NCBI RefSeq assembly: GCF_006345805.1
Contig: NC_042998.1
Span: 13,268,001 to 13,332,000 of the forward strand
Reading direction: 5' to 3'
DNA: 64,000 nucleotides
From: Octopus sinensis
Taxonomy: Eukaryota
The notes below the pieces were generated by a model that did no database searches, had not been told where the DNA came from, and was given only the letters and a program-made list of their open reading frames with translations. Below are positions 1 to 17,261 of the stretch, piece by piece. Within the stretch, counting starts at the first letter, position 1. Each line of letters begins with the position of its first letter. Both the position numbers and the translations under genes were made by a program.

Positions 1-120
1 CTATACATGATGATGATGATGATGATTAAGATGGCAATAATAATAATAAAGATGATGATAATAATAATAATAATAATAATAATATAATAATAATAATAAT
101 ATAATAATAATAATAATAAT
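1..120. repeat. (GAT)n/(AAT)n microsatellite
   Basis: Direct tandem trinucleotide repeats. Confidence 0.95.
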
Positions 121-322
121 TTTGGAACAAAAGCCAGCCATTTTTCGGAAAGGGATTAGTCGATTAGATCGACCCAAGTGTTCAAATCATACTAAATTTA
201 TCGACACTGCTAGTATGTCAAAGAAAGTCGACCCTTGCGGCATTTGAACCCAGAACGTAAAAATAGACGAAATCAACTGAAAATTTTACTCGGCATGCTA
301 AAGATTCTGCTGCCACACCACC
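121..322 (-). mobile_element. Decayed SINE family B copy
   Basis: Reverse complement aligns by eye to the cleaner copies at 43202 and 45460. Confidence 0.75.
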
Positions 323-364
323 TTAATTGTAGTAGTGTCTCATAACATACCAAATTTATTTAGG

Positions 365-780
365 TGACCAATGAAAAGTTGAAATACAGAGCTAACTTCG
401 TGTGGATAATTTCTGGCGAGGGCTATCATCAAAACAGACATATTTCAAGGAGATATCATATTCCCATTTCTGTTTGCGATTTGTATGATATCCATCACAC
501 AGATACAATGGAATGTCACATCGAATTACACCTTGAAAAGTGGAGGAAAATTAAATCATCTGTTATATGTGGATGATATAAAGTCCTTTGGGAAGACTGA
601 ATGTAAAATCAATAGCCTAGTTTCAACAGTACAGATATTCACTAAGGATAACGGAATGGCGACACACGAATCTGAGCATGGCATGGAGTGACTATCTTAA
701 GGCATACAATATGATACCACACTTCTGGATAATAAAAACAATATAAATTTATAGAATAGTAGAAAACAGGAGAAGCCTTA
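365..780 (+). pseudogene. R4/Dong-type non-LTR retrotransposon RT fragment 1
   Basis: Across frames: DIFQGDIIFPFLF...KLNHLLYVDDIKSFGKTECKINSLVSTVQIF, matching the GIFQGD and HLLYMDDLK RT motifs of R4-clade elements; stops and frameshifts. Confidence 0.8.
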
Positions 781-789
781 TATGGAAGA

Positions 790-1290
790 GTATGTAATTT
801 TGGACAACGGAATTGACAGCAGGGAATCAAGTATTAGGAGAGGTAAATGTCCCGAGAGGAATCTTCCTGGTTTTTGTGCTATGGATGACCCCCTTGTGTG
901 AAATATACAGAAAAAAAAGTTGGGGTATGTTCTGGAAAGAGGTAAGGGAACACTGAGCCACTTGTTCTTCATAGACGAATTGAAGATATTCTCAAAATGT
1001 GAGGCAGAACTCGACAGCATTGTCCAGTCTGTGCGGATTTTTCTAGAGTGTTAGTAAGAAGGAGTTTGGGCTCTCAAAATGTGATACGATGGTGATGAGA
1101 CGAGGAAAACCAGTCAAGACAGAAAGCATATATTTGCCAAGGGGTAAAATGACGAAGGCAATTCAACAACAATCCATCTATAAATGCCTGTGAATACTTG
1201 AGACAGACGGAATTAAACACAGTAACATGAAGGAAAAGACAAAACGCGAGTATCTGCGGTGAGTGTGAAAATATTGGCTTCAAAGCTCGT
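790..1290 (+). pseudogene. R4/Dong-type RT fragment 2 (second, different copy in tandem)
   Basis: TELTAGNQVLGEVNVPRGIF...GTLSHLFFIDELKIFSKCEAELDSIVQSVRIF repeats the same RT segment with a divergent sequence. Confidence 0.75.
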
Positions 1291-2290
1291 GTATATAAAT
1301 TTGTTCATCATTATATTTTAAAATGAATGGAAAATGTTTTACATTCAACGCATTATTGATATGCTCTATCGGAGCGGACTTATAACCTGAAGCACTGCAA
1401 ATGATATCATAATTATATTTTTCTAAAAATGATAAAGTGATATACATTATCCATTGTCATTATTATGTTATGACAATGTATTCGACAACATAACTTCACG
1501 CGATTTCACAGAAAAAACGCTTTCATTTTGTGTTTGTTAACACAGCTGTATATTGGATTCAGATAATATATATATGTGTATCTGCTCTGAACAATACTTT
1601 TCCTCTTGCTACATAATTCTCTGTATTACTTCATGTCCACAAAATAAATACAACACGTCACAGGTAATTTTCTCCTCTTCAGCAAAATTTTGAAACTCAA
1701 AGCAACTGAAGTGTGAATTGAATGTTCCTTAATATAATTACTCTAACGTCAATCACACTTGCATCCACTATATTTTCCGCACATTAGACAGTAATAAAAA
1801 TAGTAAATCCAATACCCACTGTCAAAGTCCAGATTTAATGTCCACGATAAGACATTAAATAAACATCGGAATATGAGATTGTATAAGTATCGATTTTAAT
1901 TAGATTGACGCAGAAATATATTACATTTTCGCTTCATTAAACTATATCCATTTACGTTGAATTCCTCAAGTAACAGCAGAGAGTATTTAAAATGTTATTG
2001 TCAGAAGCAATTTTAAATTTCAAAGAAAGTGTTATGATTCCGAGTTTATTTGTACAGTAGAATTTGAACATCATATCAGAAAATGTAACGAATAAGACTT
2101 TGGAAATGCTATTAGTAGGAAGTTTAATTAGATGAAGAATAGCGCAATGATGTGTTTGTATATTACGGACATTATTTAGTTATATTTATAAAATTTCCGT
2201 TTCGATATTACTCGGAAGAATAATGAATGGTACGATATCAAATATTAATAGATTAAAATATCGTTAGTGTATTCCAGAGATTACAGTTTT

Positions 2291-2310
<20 letters not shown>

Positions 2311-2321
<11 letters not shown>

Positions 2322-2508
2322 AAAGGGCTTAGTAAAATAAATTACTCTGCCGCATACTTTTGTGAGTTGAATTAAGCAAACACTATATATGAGAGAGATT
2401 TTCTTTAAGTATTAGAAATAGCTTTAAAAAAGTTTTTTAGCTGCTATTTCTAATGAGTTCAGTATGCGGCAAAGTAATTTATTTTACTAAGCCCTTTTAT
2501 ATAATGTA
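2311..2508. mobile_element. Short element with ~45-bp inverted arms (MITE-like or PLE-derived)
   Basis: 2315-2358 and 2461-2504 are reverse complements with 1 mismatch in 44 bp; internal TTAGAAATAGC/GCTATTTCTAA hairpin. Confidence 0.8.
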
Positions 2509-2598
2509 ATAATTTGAATTCGCCTTGAATGGTCCCTTTGCATACTGAACACTTGGTGAAATTGATTAATAATTAATTAATTTTGCCCTCAATTGTTG

Positions 2599-2599
<1 letters not shown>

Positions 2600-2644
<45 letters not shown>

Positions 2645-2649
2645 ATATT

Positions 2650-2718
<69 letters not shown>

Positions 2719-2785
2719 ATATATATATATATATATATAATATATAATATATATATATATATTTATATATATATATATATATTTA
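2600..2785. repeat. (TA)n microsatellite
   Basis: Direct repeat; source of the YI-repeat ORF. Confidence 0.95.
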
Positions 2786-2973
2786 CATGTATATGTTGTT
2801 CATGTTTCAAGTAATTTCAGTTTCGAATTTTTACATACACATTGAGCATAATCAGCTTAACCGCTTTTGAAAATCTGGAAAATTATTGTATAATTTGAAG
2901 AATTATGCAAATATTTTAAAGGAACAACAATGCATAAAATACTAAGTTAATCCAATATATTTCAGTCAGTGAA

Positions 2974-3011
<38 letters not shown>

Positions 3012-3668
3012 TATATATGTAATAGGTATATAGTGTTTAAGAGCTAATATATACATTATGTCATGTATATTTATGCCTGTTTGTGTGTAAGTGGATGCAC
3101 GTCTGTGTGTTTATGTTTGACTCACCCACCATTTGACAACCAGTACTGTTTTGTTCAAGTCTCTGTAACATGGTGGTTCTATATAAGTGAATGATATTAA
3201 AATCGCCACATTTAAAATATGTTTATTGTGCTTGATTTGCTTCACAAAACGTTTCGACAAGTTTCCACATGATACATCAACATGTTCACAATATATTGAG
3301 TGGAACAAATAAAAGATAAAAGCCTAAAGATAGACTGACGCTGCCGAATATTTTTCCGTTGACATATTTTACTGCACACTGTGATAAAATGGTTGCATGA
3401 AACCTATTAAAGAAGGCGGGATCTACAGCATCACGACTGTCTCCCTTCTCCATTTCCTCAGCTAGATGATGTGGAGCCGCAAAAACATTGTGTTTCACTG
3501 TAGACTCATTTGCTCCTGAAGACTGCTTTTTCATCAACACCTTCGCTTATAAGACAGGTAAGTGGAACAATACGGAAGAATTTTACAATGTCCGACAGTC
3601 AAAATATTTAATACAATCTTTCTCGTTTTGTGATTTTAGTTTACAAAGGTGTAACTCCCCCACGAATT

Positions 3669-3681
3669 ATCTTCTTCTTCT

Positions 3682-3716
<35 letters not shown>

Positions 3717-4100
3717 TTCTTCTCCTTCTTCTTCTTCTTCTTCTTCTTCTTCTTCTTTTCTTGTTTATTCTTCTTTCTTACTTCTTCTCTTATTATCTTC
3801 TCTTCTTCTTCTTCTTCTTCTTCTTATTCTTTTTTGTTATTCTTGTTCTTGTTCTTCTTTTCTTGTTCTTGTTCTTGTTGTTGTTGTTGTTGTGTTTCTT
3901 CGTCTTGTTCTTCTTCTTTATTGTTTCTTCTTCTTCTTGTTCTTCTTGTTCTTGTTCTTGTTGTTGTTGTTGTTGTTCTTCTTCTTCTTGTTCTTCTTCT
4001 TCTTGTTCTTGTTCTTGTTCTTGTTCTTGTTCTTCTTGTTCTTGTTCCTCTTGTTCTTGTTCTTGTTCTTGTTCTTGTTCTTGTTCTTCTTCTTCTTCTT
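3669..4100. repeat. Compound (CTT)n/(CTTGTT)n microsatellite at the 3' end of an R4 element
   Basis: Direct repeat abutting the element end at 4101. Confidence 0.9.
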
Positions 4101-7520
<3,420 letters not shown>

Positions 7521-7679
7521 AGGAATATTGGAATATTGTGGTGTTGATGACACCTATTGAGGCGAAAATATGTAACGACAGGTGTTCACGTATTTCCAAA
7601 CTATAAGTGTGTACTTACAGTCTGGAAATTATTCATAATACGGGTATGGAAAATAAATTGACTTACGTTTCATTTTCAG

Positions 7680-7930
7680 GTTGGAAGTAAGGTCGTGGGG
7701 AATGTAATGGTGTCAACTGATTTCCAAAAGCATCTTTTTCTAAAATGATGTTTTCCCTGTTTGTAGTTGCGTAGCACTAGACAGAGAAAAGAAGAAAATA
7801 TGGCCAAAATCGGCCCGCATGTGGGGAGAGGGAATTCACAAATATTTTTCATAAAAAAGCTTCCTCCCATCATTTGCCCGAGTGTGGTGAAGAAAAATAA
7901 AACACCCGTCAAAAGGGAACAAATGGAACT
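7680..7930 (+). mobile_element. Possible 5' region relic of a non-LTR retrotransposon
   Basis: GC-richer island resembling LINE 5' UTR fragments recalled from octopus DNA; no diagnostic motif seen. Confidence 0.3.
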
Positions 7931-8794
7931 AATTTGGGCCTACTATTTATTCCAAATGTTGCTCAAGGCATTCTCTAGTGCAAATTTCCCGACATCGACG
8001 GGATATTCAGGTCGTATACATACATGCACACATACAAACACACACACACACTCAAACACATACATACGCATACACACATACACACATACACACATACACA
8101 CATACATATATATAAAATCCGTCATTTTCTGGTTACCTTTTCAATCTTGGAGTGATGTGAGTAACGTGAGAGAATAATTTATGTAAAATTCTAGCTTCGA
8201 AATTCTCCAAATTGAAACTCTAATGAGTATGAGTACTACACTTTCTACAAAAATCTTAATAGTTATGTAATTATCTGAACTATAACCAGAAGCCATAAAA
8301 TACACCAACTAAAGAATTTACGGATGTTAATGATAAATACATTTGAAATCAAATTTATAAACAAAATTGTTCACAGTCAAAATGATAAAAAAAATCCCCA
8401 GACAATGGTTACTACACAGTTTTGATAACGTTAATTCATCTCATTGCAAGAGTGAATAACGCTACATATCCTAACATCATGATTTACAATTCCATACAAA
8501 ATTGAATTATAATTATTATTGTGTTAGGGAAATCGTATAAGGATATAATGTGATAACCAGATTAGGATATTTTATGATGAATTTTTAATATAGAGCCACA
8601 TAAAATGCGCATAGTGCATTTATAAACGAGCCTCTTAATTACGCAGAATGATTTATGCAATTAAATCTAAGCAGCAAGTAACACAGTGTTTCCATTGCAT
8701 TACATACAATACTGGAGACAAATATTCACACTGCCCACATATTACTCATTACTTGAGTTAGCATAAACATTATGCTTCTACGCAAACACATTAT

Positions 8795-8844
<50 letters not shown>

Positions 8845-9531
8845 TTCTAATTTTGTAGTATGTTTCTCCATTTTCTAATTTTGTATATTATATATATATA
8901 TATGCCTGCGTGTGTGAGCATGAATATAAATTTGTATGCAAAATTATATAGACATGGCTGTATGTGTATATGTTTCCGCAGAAACGTTATATATTCATGT
9001 TATTTCCTTTTCTCATATATTATTACAAGATTACTGAATTATATCACGTGTTTTTCTTGTTTTCATGGATGCTATCTCATCATCTTTAACATTTATATAA
9101 ATGAGCAATACATGTTTTAAGTATCGAAATGCAATTTTTCTCATTATCATTCAGGAATGTCAAACAATAAAAATGATTAACAAAGGATTCAACAACTAAA
9201 CGACATATGTTTACGTGTAGAGAACCCTAAAGAAAGGCAACAATAAAAAATCGACGTATGATTCTCAAGCATAGAAGTTTAGCTAGAGTTTCTCAACGTG
9301 AAAATCTACAAAATGCCATGCGTGTTGGACAGTGATATAGCAATTAGGAAGGGAATTGTGTTATTTTAGAAACAAGATATATACAAGATTAACTATATGA
9401 TTATAGTGCATATAAAAGTTCAGTTGCTCAATCCGTTAGAATCCAGAATTCTGTTGTGAATTATGAATACACCTTGGGATCTTCTTTACACACACACACA
9501 CATAAACAGGCACACATATATTTATAGGTGT

Positions 9532-9564
<33 letters not shown>

Positions 9565-11992
9565 CTATATATAATATATATATATGTGTGTGGGGTGTGT
9601 GTGTGTGTATATATAATATATATACGTGAAGTATTTTGCCCCTTAAATGTGGCTAACCACTAAGGGTGGATGCTACTATACTATAAGCCCCATGAGAACA
9701 TCTTCTCCAACTGGCTATTGACGCACTTTCTCTGACCTACCAGTATTTACAAAGGGAAGCCACCCTTCTCATCGTCGACTTGACTTGATACGCACGGATC
9801 CAAATTTCTGGGTATTTACCCGTCGTCAGCGAACGACAATCACCGGTCTTCGATGCGAAATGGTCCCAATGCAATGGAGTTCATCTACGTGATAATATAT
9901 ATATAATATATATATATATATAACTATAATATATATATATATAGATATATATATATATATATATATAGGCACTTAACACAAATGAGATTGAAAGTGCTGT
10001 TACGGTAGCATTTTACACGTGTATTCATAGATTACAACATAATATATACATCCACCACCTTAAAATAAAATTTTAAGTTGGTATGAAAGTTAAGATAACA
10101 CCTTGTTCATGACAGATGCAACAACCATATTGGGATAATACACACGTCAGTTATTTTTTAGATGCTCTATGAATCATATCGAAGTGAGCATGAATGTAGA
10201 ATTTTCGCAATGTTTCCCAATTCCAAACGGAAAGCAGTTCTACTTTATTTAAAATATATAACCTAAAATGCTTGGTGAAATTCGACAATATCAGTATTGT
10301 GCTATAAAAAATATCAGCAGAATATTAAAGGCTGAATTTCAATTCGTAAACATAATTCAACATATAATTTGTTACAAATATTCCTTCACAGTAAATATAT
10401 TTCGAATTAGGGACATAGGTGACAGTTATTAAAAAGGGCTTCGTGTTAATTAAATGAAGCATGATACTAAGTCGAAAAGAAGGAGCTAAGTGCGGGAAGT
10501 AGTCTCTTGTAACATTTAGTATCATAATTTAGCAAGGAGATTGTTTTTAACTGTTTTGTTTTCACTGTTGGTTGGAAAGAAAGCAACGTCGGTTACTTCG
10601 ATTTGGGCCAATATATAAAATGGTATAAGAATTAATTCCAACGTGTCCTTTTTGCTCAGACTAGATTTATTATCAGTGTTTCATGAAGGGTAAATTACAT
10701 TAAAATTTAATAACGAAGCTGATTGCAAAAATGCGCACACCTTTGTTACAATATTGCCTCACACGTGCGCTCTTTCACTCTCCCTCTTTCTCTATCACTC
10801 TGTATACGTACATACATACATACATACATACATACATACATACATACATACATACATACATACATAGATCAATACATGTGTGTGCATCCACGAGCGCACG
10901 TGTGTGTTTGTGCTTGTGTGTGCGCGTATGTGTATGTGAGTGTGTGTGTGTGTCACTGTTTCAGATAGGTAGGTTTCATTTAGATTGTATGGAAATCACT
11001 CGAGAAACTCACGTTGACTGAATTAGGATGTTAAAAATTATACACTTTTCTGTATCCGAATGGTAATCCCCGCTCTAAAAACTGCAATGCTTGATGCACG
11101 TCATATGATCCGGAACTGATAAAAATCATTTTGCAAAACCAAGCCACTCAAGTAGAAATGGATGTACTCTTGATGATTAGATCAGTACGCTTTCATATCA
11201 CGTATATAATAATTGACGTAGTGCGTAGTATCTTACTAGAAAACCATTGGCGTGTAAAGCTCAATCGTTTGTGAATATCTTCAATACTCTTAGGACATAT
11301 TTAACGATGTAATGAAATGGTACGCAAACATGAAAATTTCTTTTTCACAAGTTGCAGTGTAACATTTAAGCATGCACACAAAGGTAACTAAACAGGACAT
11401 AAAAAACAAAATATATGTTGAAATGAGATAACTGTCTTTTTTTAGCAAGGAATACAATTACTTCGCCATCAGTGACAGAGGAGCAAGCGATTATTGTATA
11501 TTATTTTCACGATATTGCATTCAAATACTTAATAAAACCAACAATATTAATTTGAGGTAAAGAGTAAACTGAGTGTTATAAACAACAGCGAGACTGAAGA
11601 TTAAACATTTTAATCAAATAATTTTGATGTTAACCCCATGATGTGTGCACAGTAATATCTGTCGTTTGGGTACAACTGCCCCTATGAACGTTGTATATGA
11701 ATGAAATTCTAAATTTCCGTTTGTTTTATCAATAAATCTCTTCTTTCACATAGTGCTATTCCCCAGAGAAAAATAAATATTTAGCAAAGTGTTTATATAT
11801 TACTGAACTTGCAAACAAACACACATATATAAGTATATATAGATATGTATATACATACATATATGTATATATATACATATTTATATATACGTATATATAT
11901 GTGTTTGAGTGCAAGATCAATAAAATATCAAACATTAGTAAATATGCATGTATATATATATATATTTAAAATTATATATGTATATATATGTG

Positions 11993-12044
<52 letters not shown>

Positions 12045-12060
12045 ATATATATGCATATAT

Positions 12061-12111
<51 letters not shown>

Positions 12112-12360
12112 TATATATATATATATATATGTACAACTTACTGCAAACGAGAAAGGTGTCTGCGCACAAAAGAGAAAAATGAAACGGAATTAATCTTCCC
12201 CATCAGGTGTCATGTAGAGATCACTTCTGCTTCGGCACCTTTTAACAGATAAAACTTAGCTAATACTAATTGCATTGCATAAGTAAGTATCCAAAAACAC
12301 ACCTATGTAATACATACGAGATTTAATCATAAGGAATCTATATATATATATATATAGCAT

Positions 12361-12750
12361 CGAGAGTTACACAAATGCCAGAACTGGGCGCCACTGCACA
12401 GTGCCAAGGACTTCAAATTTTCCATGAAGGTGTTGGACAAGATACTGTGATAGCCTGGGCTTCCGAGGCCCACATCTCTTCAATATCCTCCCGAAGAACC
12501 TAAGAGACCTGCATGGGGTGGATGCAGATGTCTTTAAAATGAAACTGGATCTCTTCTTGTCAGGTATCCCAGATAAACCAACTTCACGGCAGGAGGTGCA
12601 GATGAGGGCAGCTGCATCGAACTCTTTCATGCACCAAATGGCAATTGCTAAAAGGCATTCGTGAAGTAAAATCATGTAGCAACACCAAATGGCGGTACCC
12701 CAGCATGGCCACAGCTTGTGAGCTGAAACTAGATAAATAAATAAAAATAA
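12361..12750 (+). mobile_element. 3' end of a CR1/L2-group LINE
   Basis: SLGFRGPHLFNILPKNLRDLHGVDADVFKMKLDLFLSGIPDKP...RAAASNSFMHQ, then a 3' UTR ending GCTGAAACTAG-(ATAA)n. Confidence 0.75.
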
Positions 12751-12949
12751 ATAAATATACACATATATATGATTGTGCGTGCGAACGAGCGTATCTTTGT
12801 GTGCACGAGCACGTGACTTTGAGGGTGGGATTGAATGCCTTCATTTTTTTTAAGGTCAAATAAAGCAACCAAAAGGTTTGCCCTTTATGGTAGAGTAACG
12901 GAAGGAAAATACTATATTCCTCGCCTGGTAATGTGTACTTGCACTTTAT

Positions 12950-13105
12950 AGGAAAATAGCAGTGTGATACTGATGTGAAAAGAGAAAAACGTCTTGAGAC
13001 TTGCATCGACATAATTGAAGACAATGGCCTGGAATGCATGCAGGACATCGAGGCAATGATGATGGACCGATTTGGTTAAAAAGAGAGGATGAGCGATGGC
13101 TAGAA
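12950..13105 (+). mobile_element. Probable RTE-type LINE ORF C-terminal fragment
   Basis: DIIEDNGLECMQDIEAMMMDRFG resembles the MxDRxxW end of RTE ORFs. Confidence 0.45.
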
Positions 13106-13774
13106 ATATATTGAGTTCTTCATAACCAGCTGATCTAGCAAGCGGGGCCTCATATCAGTGACGGGGGCCGGTGCGCATTGATGCCGTCGAGAGGTAAGCC
13201 CCGAAACAGCGCGCATTCTCTCCTGATGACCCCATACACTTGCTAGCTTCCAGTATACAGAGCTTTTAACCGGTAGCACTTGCATGTGCAAGTTGTTTGC
13301 AAGACATCTAACTAAGACTCCCGTGTTCTTTATTAGAAATGAAACGTGAATATTACATTTGAGTGTCAAATGAGGAATTGTAGAAGTCATTTTGCGAAGG
13401 ATTGGGAACGAATCTAAGAATCTAAGTTGAGAGAAGTTGTAAGATGTGATAAATGTTTATTAAGAAAAGATCAAGAGTGATTATACTAAAAATACAATGA
13501 TAGTTTGCAAAATGGTCAGACGTGCGAGCATTAAAAACGGAAGGCATTATGCAGAAACATTAAGGAGGTATTTGGGGAATAGTTCCACTCATCAGCTCCC
13601 TAATTTGGATTGGTGTGCATGTGTGAAAACATGCCATGAAAACATATAATTGTAATTAGCCATATATGTTAACAAATATATGTGTGTCGGTGTGTGTGGT
13701 GCGTGTGTGGTGTGTATGTGGTGGGTGGGTGTGGTGTGGTGAGGTATGTGTGAGCGTATGTGTGTGTAAGAAGT

Positions 13775-13900
13775 TAAATTTGCACCCACACGCTTCCGGG
13801 TTCAATCGCACTGCGCAGCAACGTCAGCAATTGTCTTCTACTCTAGGCTTGGGTCGACGAAATGCTTTTCAGTCGATACAGTAGACAACAACTATCGTGG
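13775..13900 (+). mobile_element. Highly decayed SINE family A copy
   Basis: CCGGGTTCAATCGCACTGCG...GTCTTCTACTCTAGGCTTGGGTCGAC matches the family A head. Confidence 0.55.
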
Positions 13901-14207
13901 GAATATATATATATATGTGTGTGTGTGCGTGTGTGTGTGTATGTGTGTGTGTGTTTATATGTGTGTACACACATATGCATCTATCATTTTACTTACTTGA
14001 CTAGTAAATAACACTGAGAGAGATAGTTCAATAGGAAATGAAACCCCAAGAAGCATAAGAGAAAAGGATGCCTGCAGTAGTGTACCAGAAACACAGAAAT
14101 AAGAGGGTAAGGATAAAAGTGTGTGTGCTCGGTAATGTCATTTTACAGATAGTAATGTGCTTGAATAATACATACATGCATACATACATACATACATGCA
14201 TACATAT

Positions 14208-14277
<70 letters not shown>

Positions 14278-14317
14278 GACTACCATTCAAAATTGTTTAT
14301 TCTTTATATATATATAT

Positions 14318-14460
14318 TGATAGAAATGGAAAGACAAGAAAAGAATCAAAGAAACCTCGATATTATGTAAATAGAGGAATTTATCTGTAAAAGTAATATG
14401 TGACAATTATTCGGTAGCCATGATAAAACTCCGAGTTTCGGATGTCGGGTCGAAATCCAA
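14318..14460. mobile_element. Partial copy of the repeat at 23535-23750; carries the 3' half of an HHR-like motif on the minus strand
   Basis: Shared ACCTC(G/A)ATATTATGTAAATAGAG...ACAATTA...GATAAAA...GAGTTTC(G/A)GATG; minus strand reads CATC-CGAAAC-TCGGA-GTT-TTATC. Confidence 0.7.
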
Positions 14461-16479
14461 ATATATATATATATATGGGGGTTTCTGTAAGTGTGTCTTC
14501 CTCTATCTGCCCAACAATTTCTCTCTTTCTAATCTTGTATTTTCCTTCTCATATATATTGCTTATGTAGCTTTACCTTTGCGATATATGAAGTACGTAAT
14601 TTACTCCCCACACCCCACAAAAAACCTTTCCCTTATTCACTCCACATATTTTCTATTATTTACTAACCATCCAATTACTTCTCTTTTCCTTTCTGTCATA
14701 GCAAATTGCAACGCGAATATATGTTGATTATCATCAATATTATTACACGCAATAGCAATGAATGTTTTCATTTAAATTATTTTAATCCTAACATATTTGT
14801 GTTCGCTTTTGTCTATAATATCAATATTGGCTTTCATTAAACCGATAATTATGTACATATGTCATTGTTATTTGCACCATTAAGGAAAATATATCGTGTC
14901 GACAGTGTTTCTTGTACGTAAGGTGTAAATACGTAATAATCCCGCTGATAATAGCGATAGGGATGAAAAATATTTTTATAGATCCAATGTAAACCGATGA
15001 AAATAATATATGCTTAACTTCTGCATGAAAACAATGCATAAGCTATTGCTGTAGCTACTCCGTTATGGAAATTAAATATTTGTGTTCTTGAAAAAACAAT
15101 TATGGATATATTTGTATCGTTAATGTGGAAATCTATGATAGAAAGTATAACAGTTTTTATCTAGTATTTATTTTTATCATACATCGTTGTTTCCTTGGAG
15201 TTTTGAAAACTTCCTATTTTATCGTACCATCTCTTGGGAAATCTAATTACGTAAGAATATATCAAAGAAATAGCTTAAAGGTAAATTGAAGTTTCAGGTT
15301 GATAAAAATAAATACCAGTATAAATGAGTGAACAGAAAAGATAATGTAACAGTTATAATTACATGAGATACAGTTTCCTAACCCTTCATGTAATGTTCGT
15401 GTTATCGCTTCCTTTTACCGACATAGTGTCGCTGAAAATGTTAGGTTCATATGCGTAGTCACCGTGTCAAATTATATAACCGATATAAAACTTATACACA
15501 TGTATATACGTTTCAAGTTTTAATGATGCACTAATTGGACACCAGATGTAGGAACAATTAGTAACGCTGAAACTATACGCATGTGCAGGTGCATGCTTGT
15601 ATATTAACAAAAACTCTTATCCAAATGTATAGCTGTATATGCTGAAAATACAGCGTAAGCTATTTCACATTACTATTCGACAATAATATATTTTGTCAGT
15701 TCTGAATCACTTTTGGTTGGCAATTTTGTCACCGTCTACGCTCTATATGACTATCAGACGTGTGTGATTGTTCTTAAATGTACAGATGCATGCTTCGCGC
15801 TCCGCCGGATTTGCATATATCCGAAAAAGTAAATGCTTTAGGCGTCTTTACTTATTACCAAACAAAAATATGGATTGAATTGCAGAGAAAACGGCATTTA
15901 TTTATATTTGCTTTAGTTTGCGTGTAATGCAGTTTTTCAATAGCAGTTTTCTTACGTATCACTACAGTGATTCAGAAACACCTAAAACATTTTGTTAAAT
16001 TATATTCTACATATATATGATGGCTGCCCCCTCGTTATCGAGTATGGCCATTGCACGAAGCTTAACTGTTATTGGTGCTGAGATCGAATGTGACTTTTAT
16101 TGGCTTTTTAAGGCTACAACCAGCTATTCAGTTGAGACTCAGAGCACTATCAACAATCATGAACAATGTTGTTATCGTGCAATGCCTGTGCAAGATTTTT
16201 TTTAAGTGAGGAAATGCTGTGCACTGAATCAATCCCACTCACTAAGCAACAGCAGCCATAATCCGAAAAGGAGAACAAGTCAGCATCATAGGAAACCACT
16301 GAGCCGCAGGTTTTATGTCGGAGTTATTCCAGTTACCCGAGTTACCTTCTCCTAGAAGGATGCCCTAAGAAAGGCTAGGAGTCCTTCACTCTCGATGGTT
16401 TAACCGCGCGATCGAGTATTTAGTCCGATTATTTCTATCTCCCCGCGCATGATACAGCCTTAAGCCTTAAAAAAAAAGT

Positions 16480-16680
16480 ACACACTTATTGGATGGCTGT
16501 TGACTCTCATGAGTTCCTCCGCCCTTTGACGGATTTTGCTTTTCATCCCGCAGGGTGTCCAATAAACACCCTCCTCACCAAGCAAGCTTGGTGGGGTTGT
16601 CGGTTTAGACGCCGACGGCCCCACCATGCAACAGGTTGTACTGGGTTACATGTTACCAGTAGCACACGAAAGTGACCTGA
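16480..16680. mobile_element. GC-rich structured repeat, probable retroelement terminal fragment
   Basis: Three hairpins (16552-72, 16576-93, 16590-16625) next to (TACA)n; family unassigned. Confidence 0.4.
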
Positions 16681-16951
16681 CATATATACATACATACATA
16701 CATACATACATACATTATTACATTGACAGATACACATTTGAAACTGGTTTCGTTTCATTGGTCCTTTCGATTAGAGGTTATTTTTAAGAAACGGTGATGT
16801 ACATAAAAAGGTTTAAAATCATACTCTGAGTAGCATTTTTTGTTGTGATATTTTTGCAGCTTTAACAATAAAACATAGTACTCATTCTCCGGTATTCAAT
16901 TGCTATTTCTCCCGCCTTGTTTCAAATTTATGTGCTTACTCTGTTTTATAG

Positions 16952-17024
<73 letters not shown>

Positions 17025-17025
17025 A

Positions 17026-17090
<65 letters not shown>

Positions 17091-17145
17091 GCTCTATCTA
17101 TCTATCGCTCTATCTATCTATCGATCTATCTATCTATCTGTCCAA

Positions 17146-17201
<56 letters not shown>

Positions 17202-17261
17202 ATCTATCTATCTATCTATCTATATATCTATATATCTATCTATCTATCTATCTATTTATCT
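16952..17261. repeat. (TCTA)n microsatellite
   Basis: Direct repeat; gives the YLSI run in ORF 16917..17705. Confidence 0.95.

Noticed and set aside
3190-3290. Minus-strand TTGATGT...GTCGAAACG...AATAAA and a GDFNI peptide
   Set aside because: Could be a PLE end or an AP-endonuclease scrap, but stems and flanking motifs are not recoverable.
3462-3557. 96-bp segment with a strong acceptor and a GTAAGT donor
   Set aside because: Stops in all three frames; a non-coding exon cannot be supported without transcripts.
13160-13235. GTGACG-GGGGC...GCCCC-GAAAC hammerhead-like arrangement
   Set aside because: Core mutated, no GUH site and no stem I.
14821-15039. ORF resembling a GPCR TM5 (FFIPIAII)
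   Set aside because: An in-frame stop lies just upstream, there is no good donor, and hydrophobic ORFs are expected in AT-rich DNA.
16480-16680. Possible HDV-like ribozyme at a retroelement 5' end
   Set aside because: Could not form the P1/P3/P1.1/P2 nested pseudoknot on either strand.
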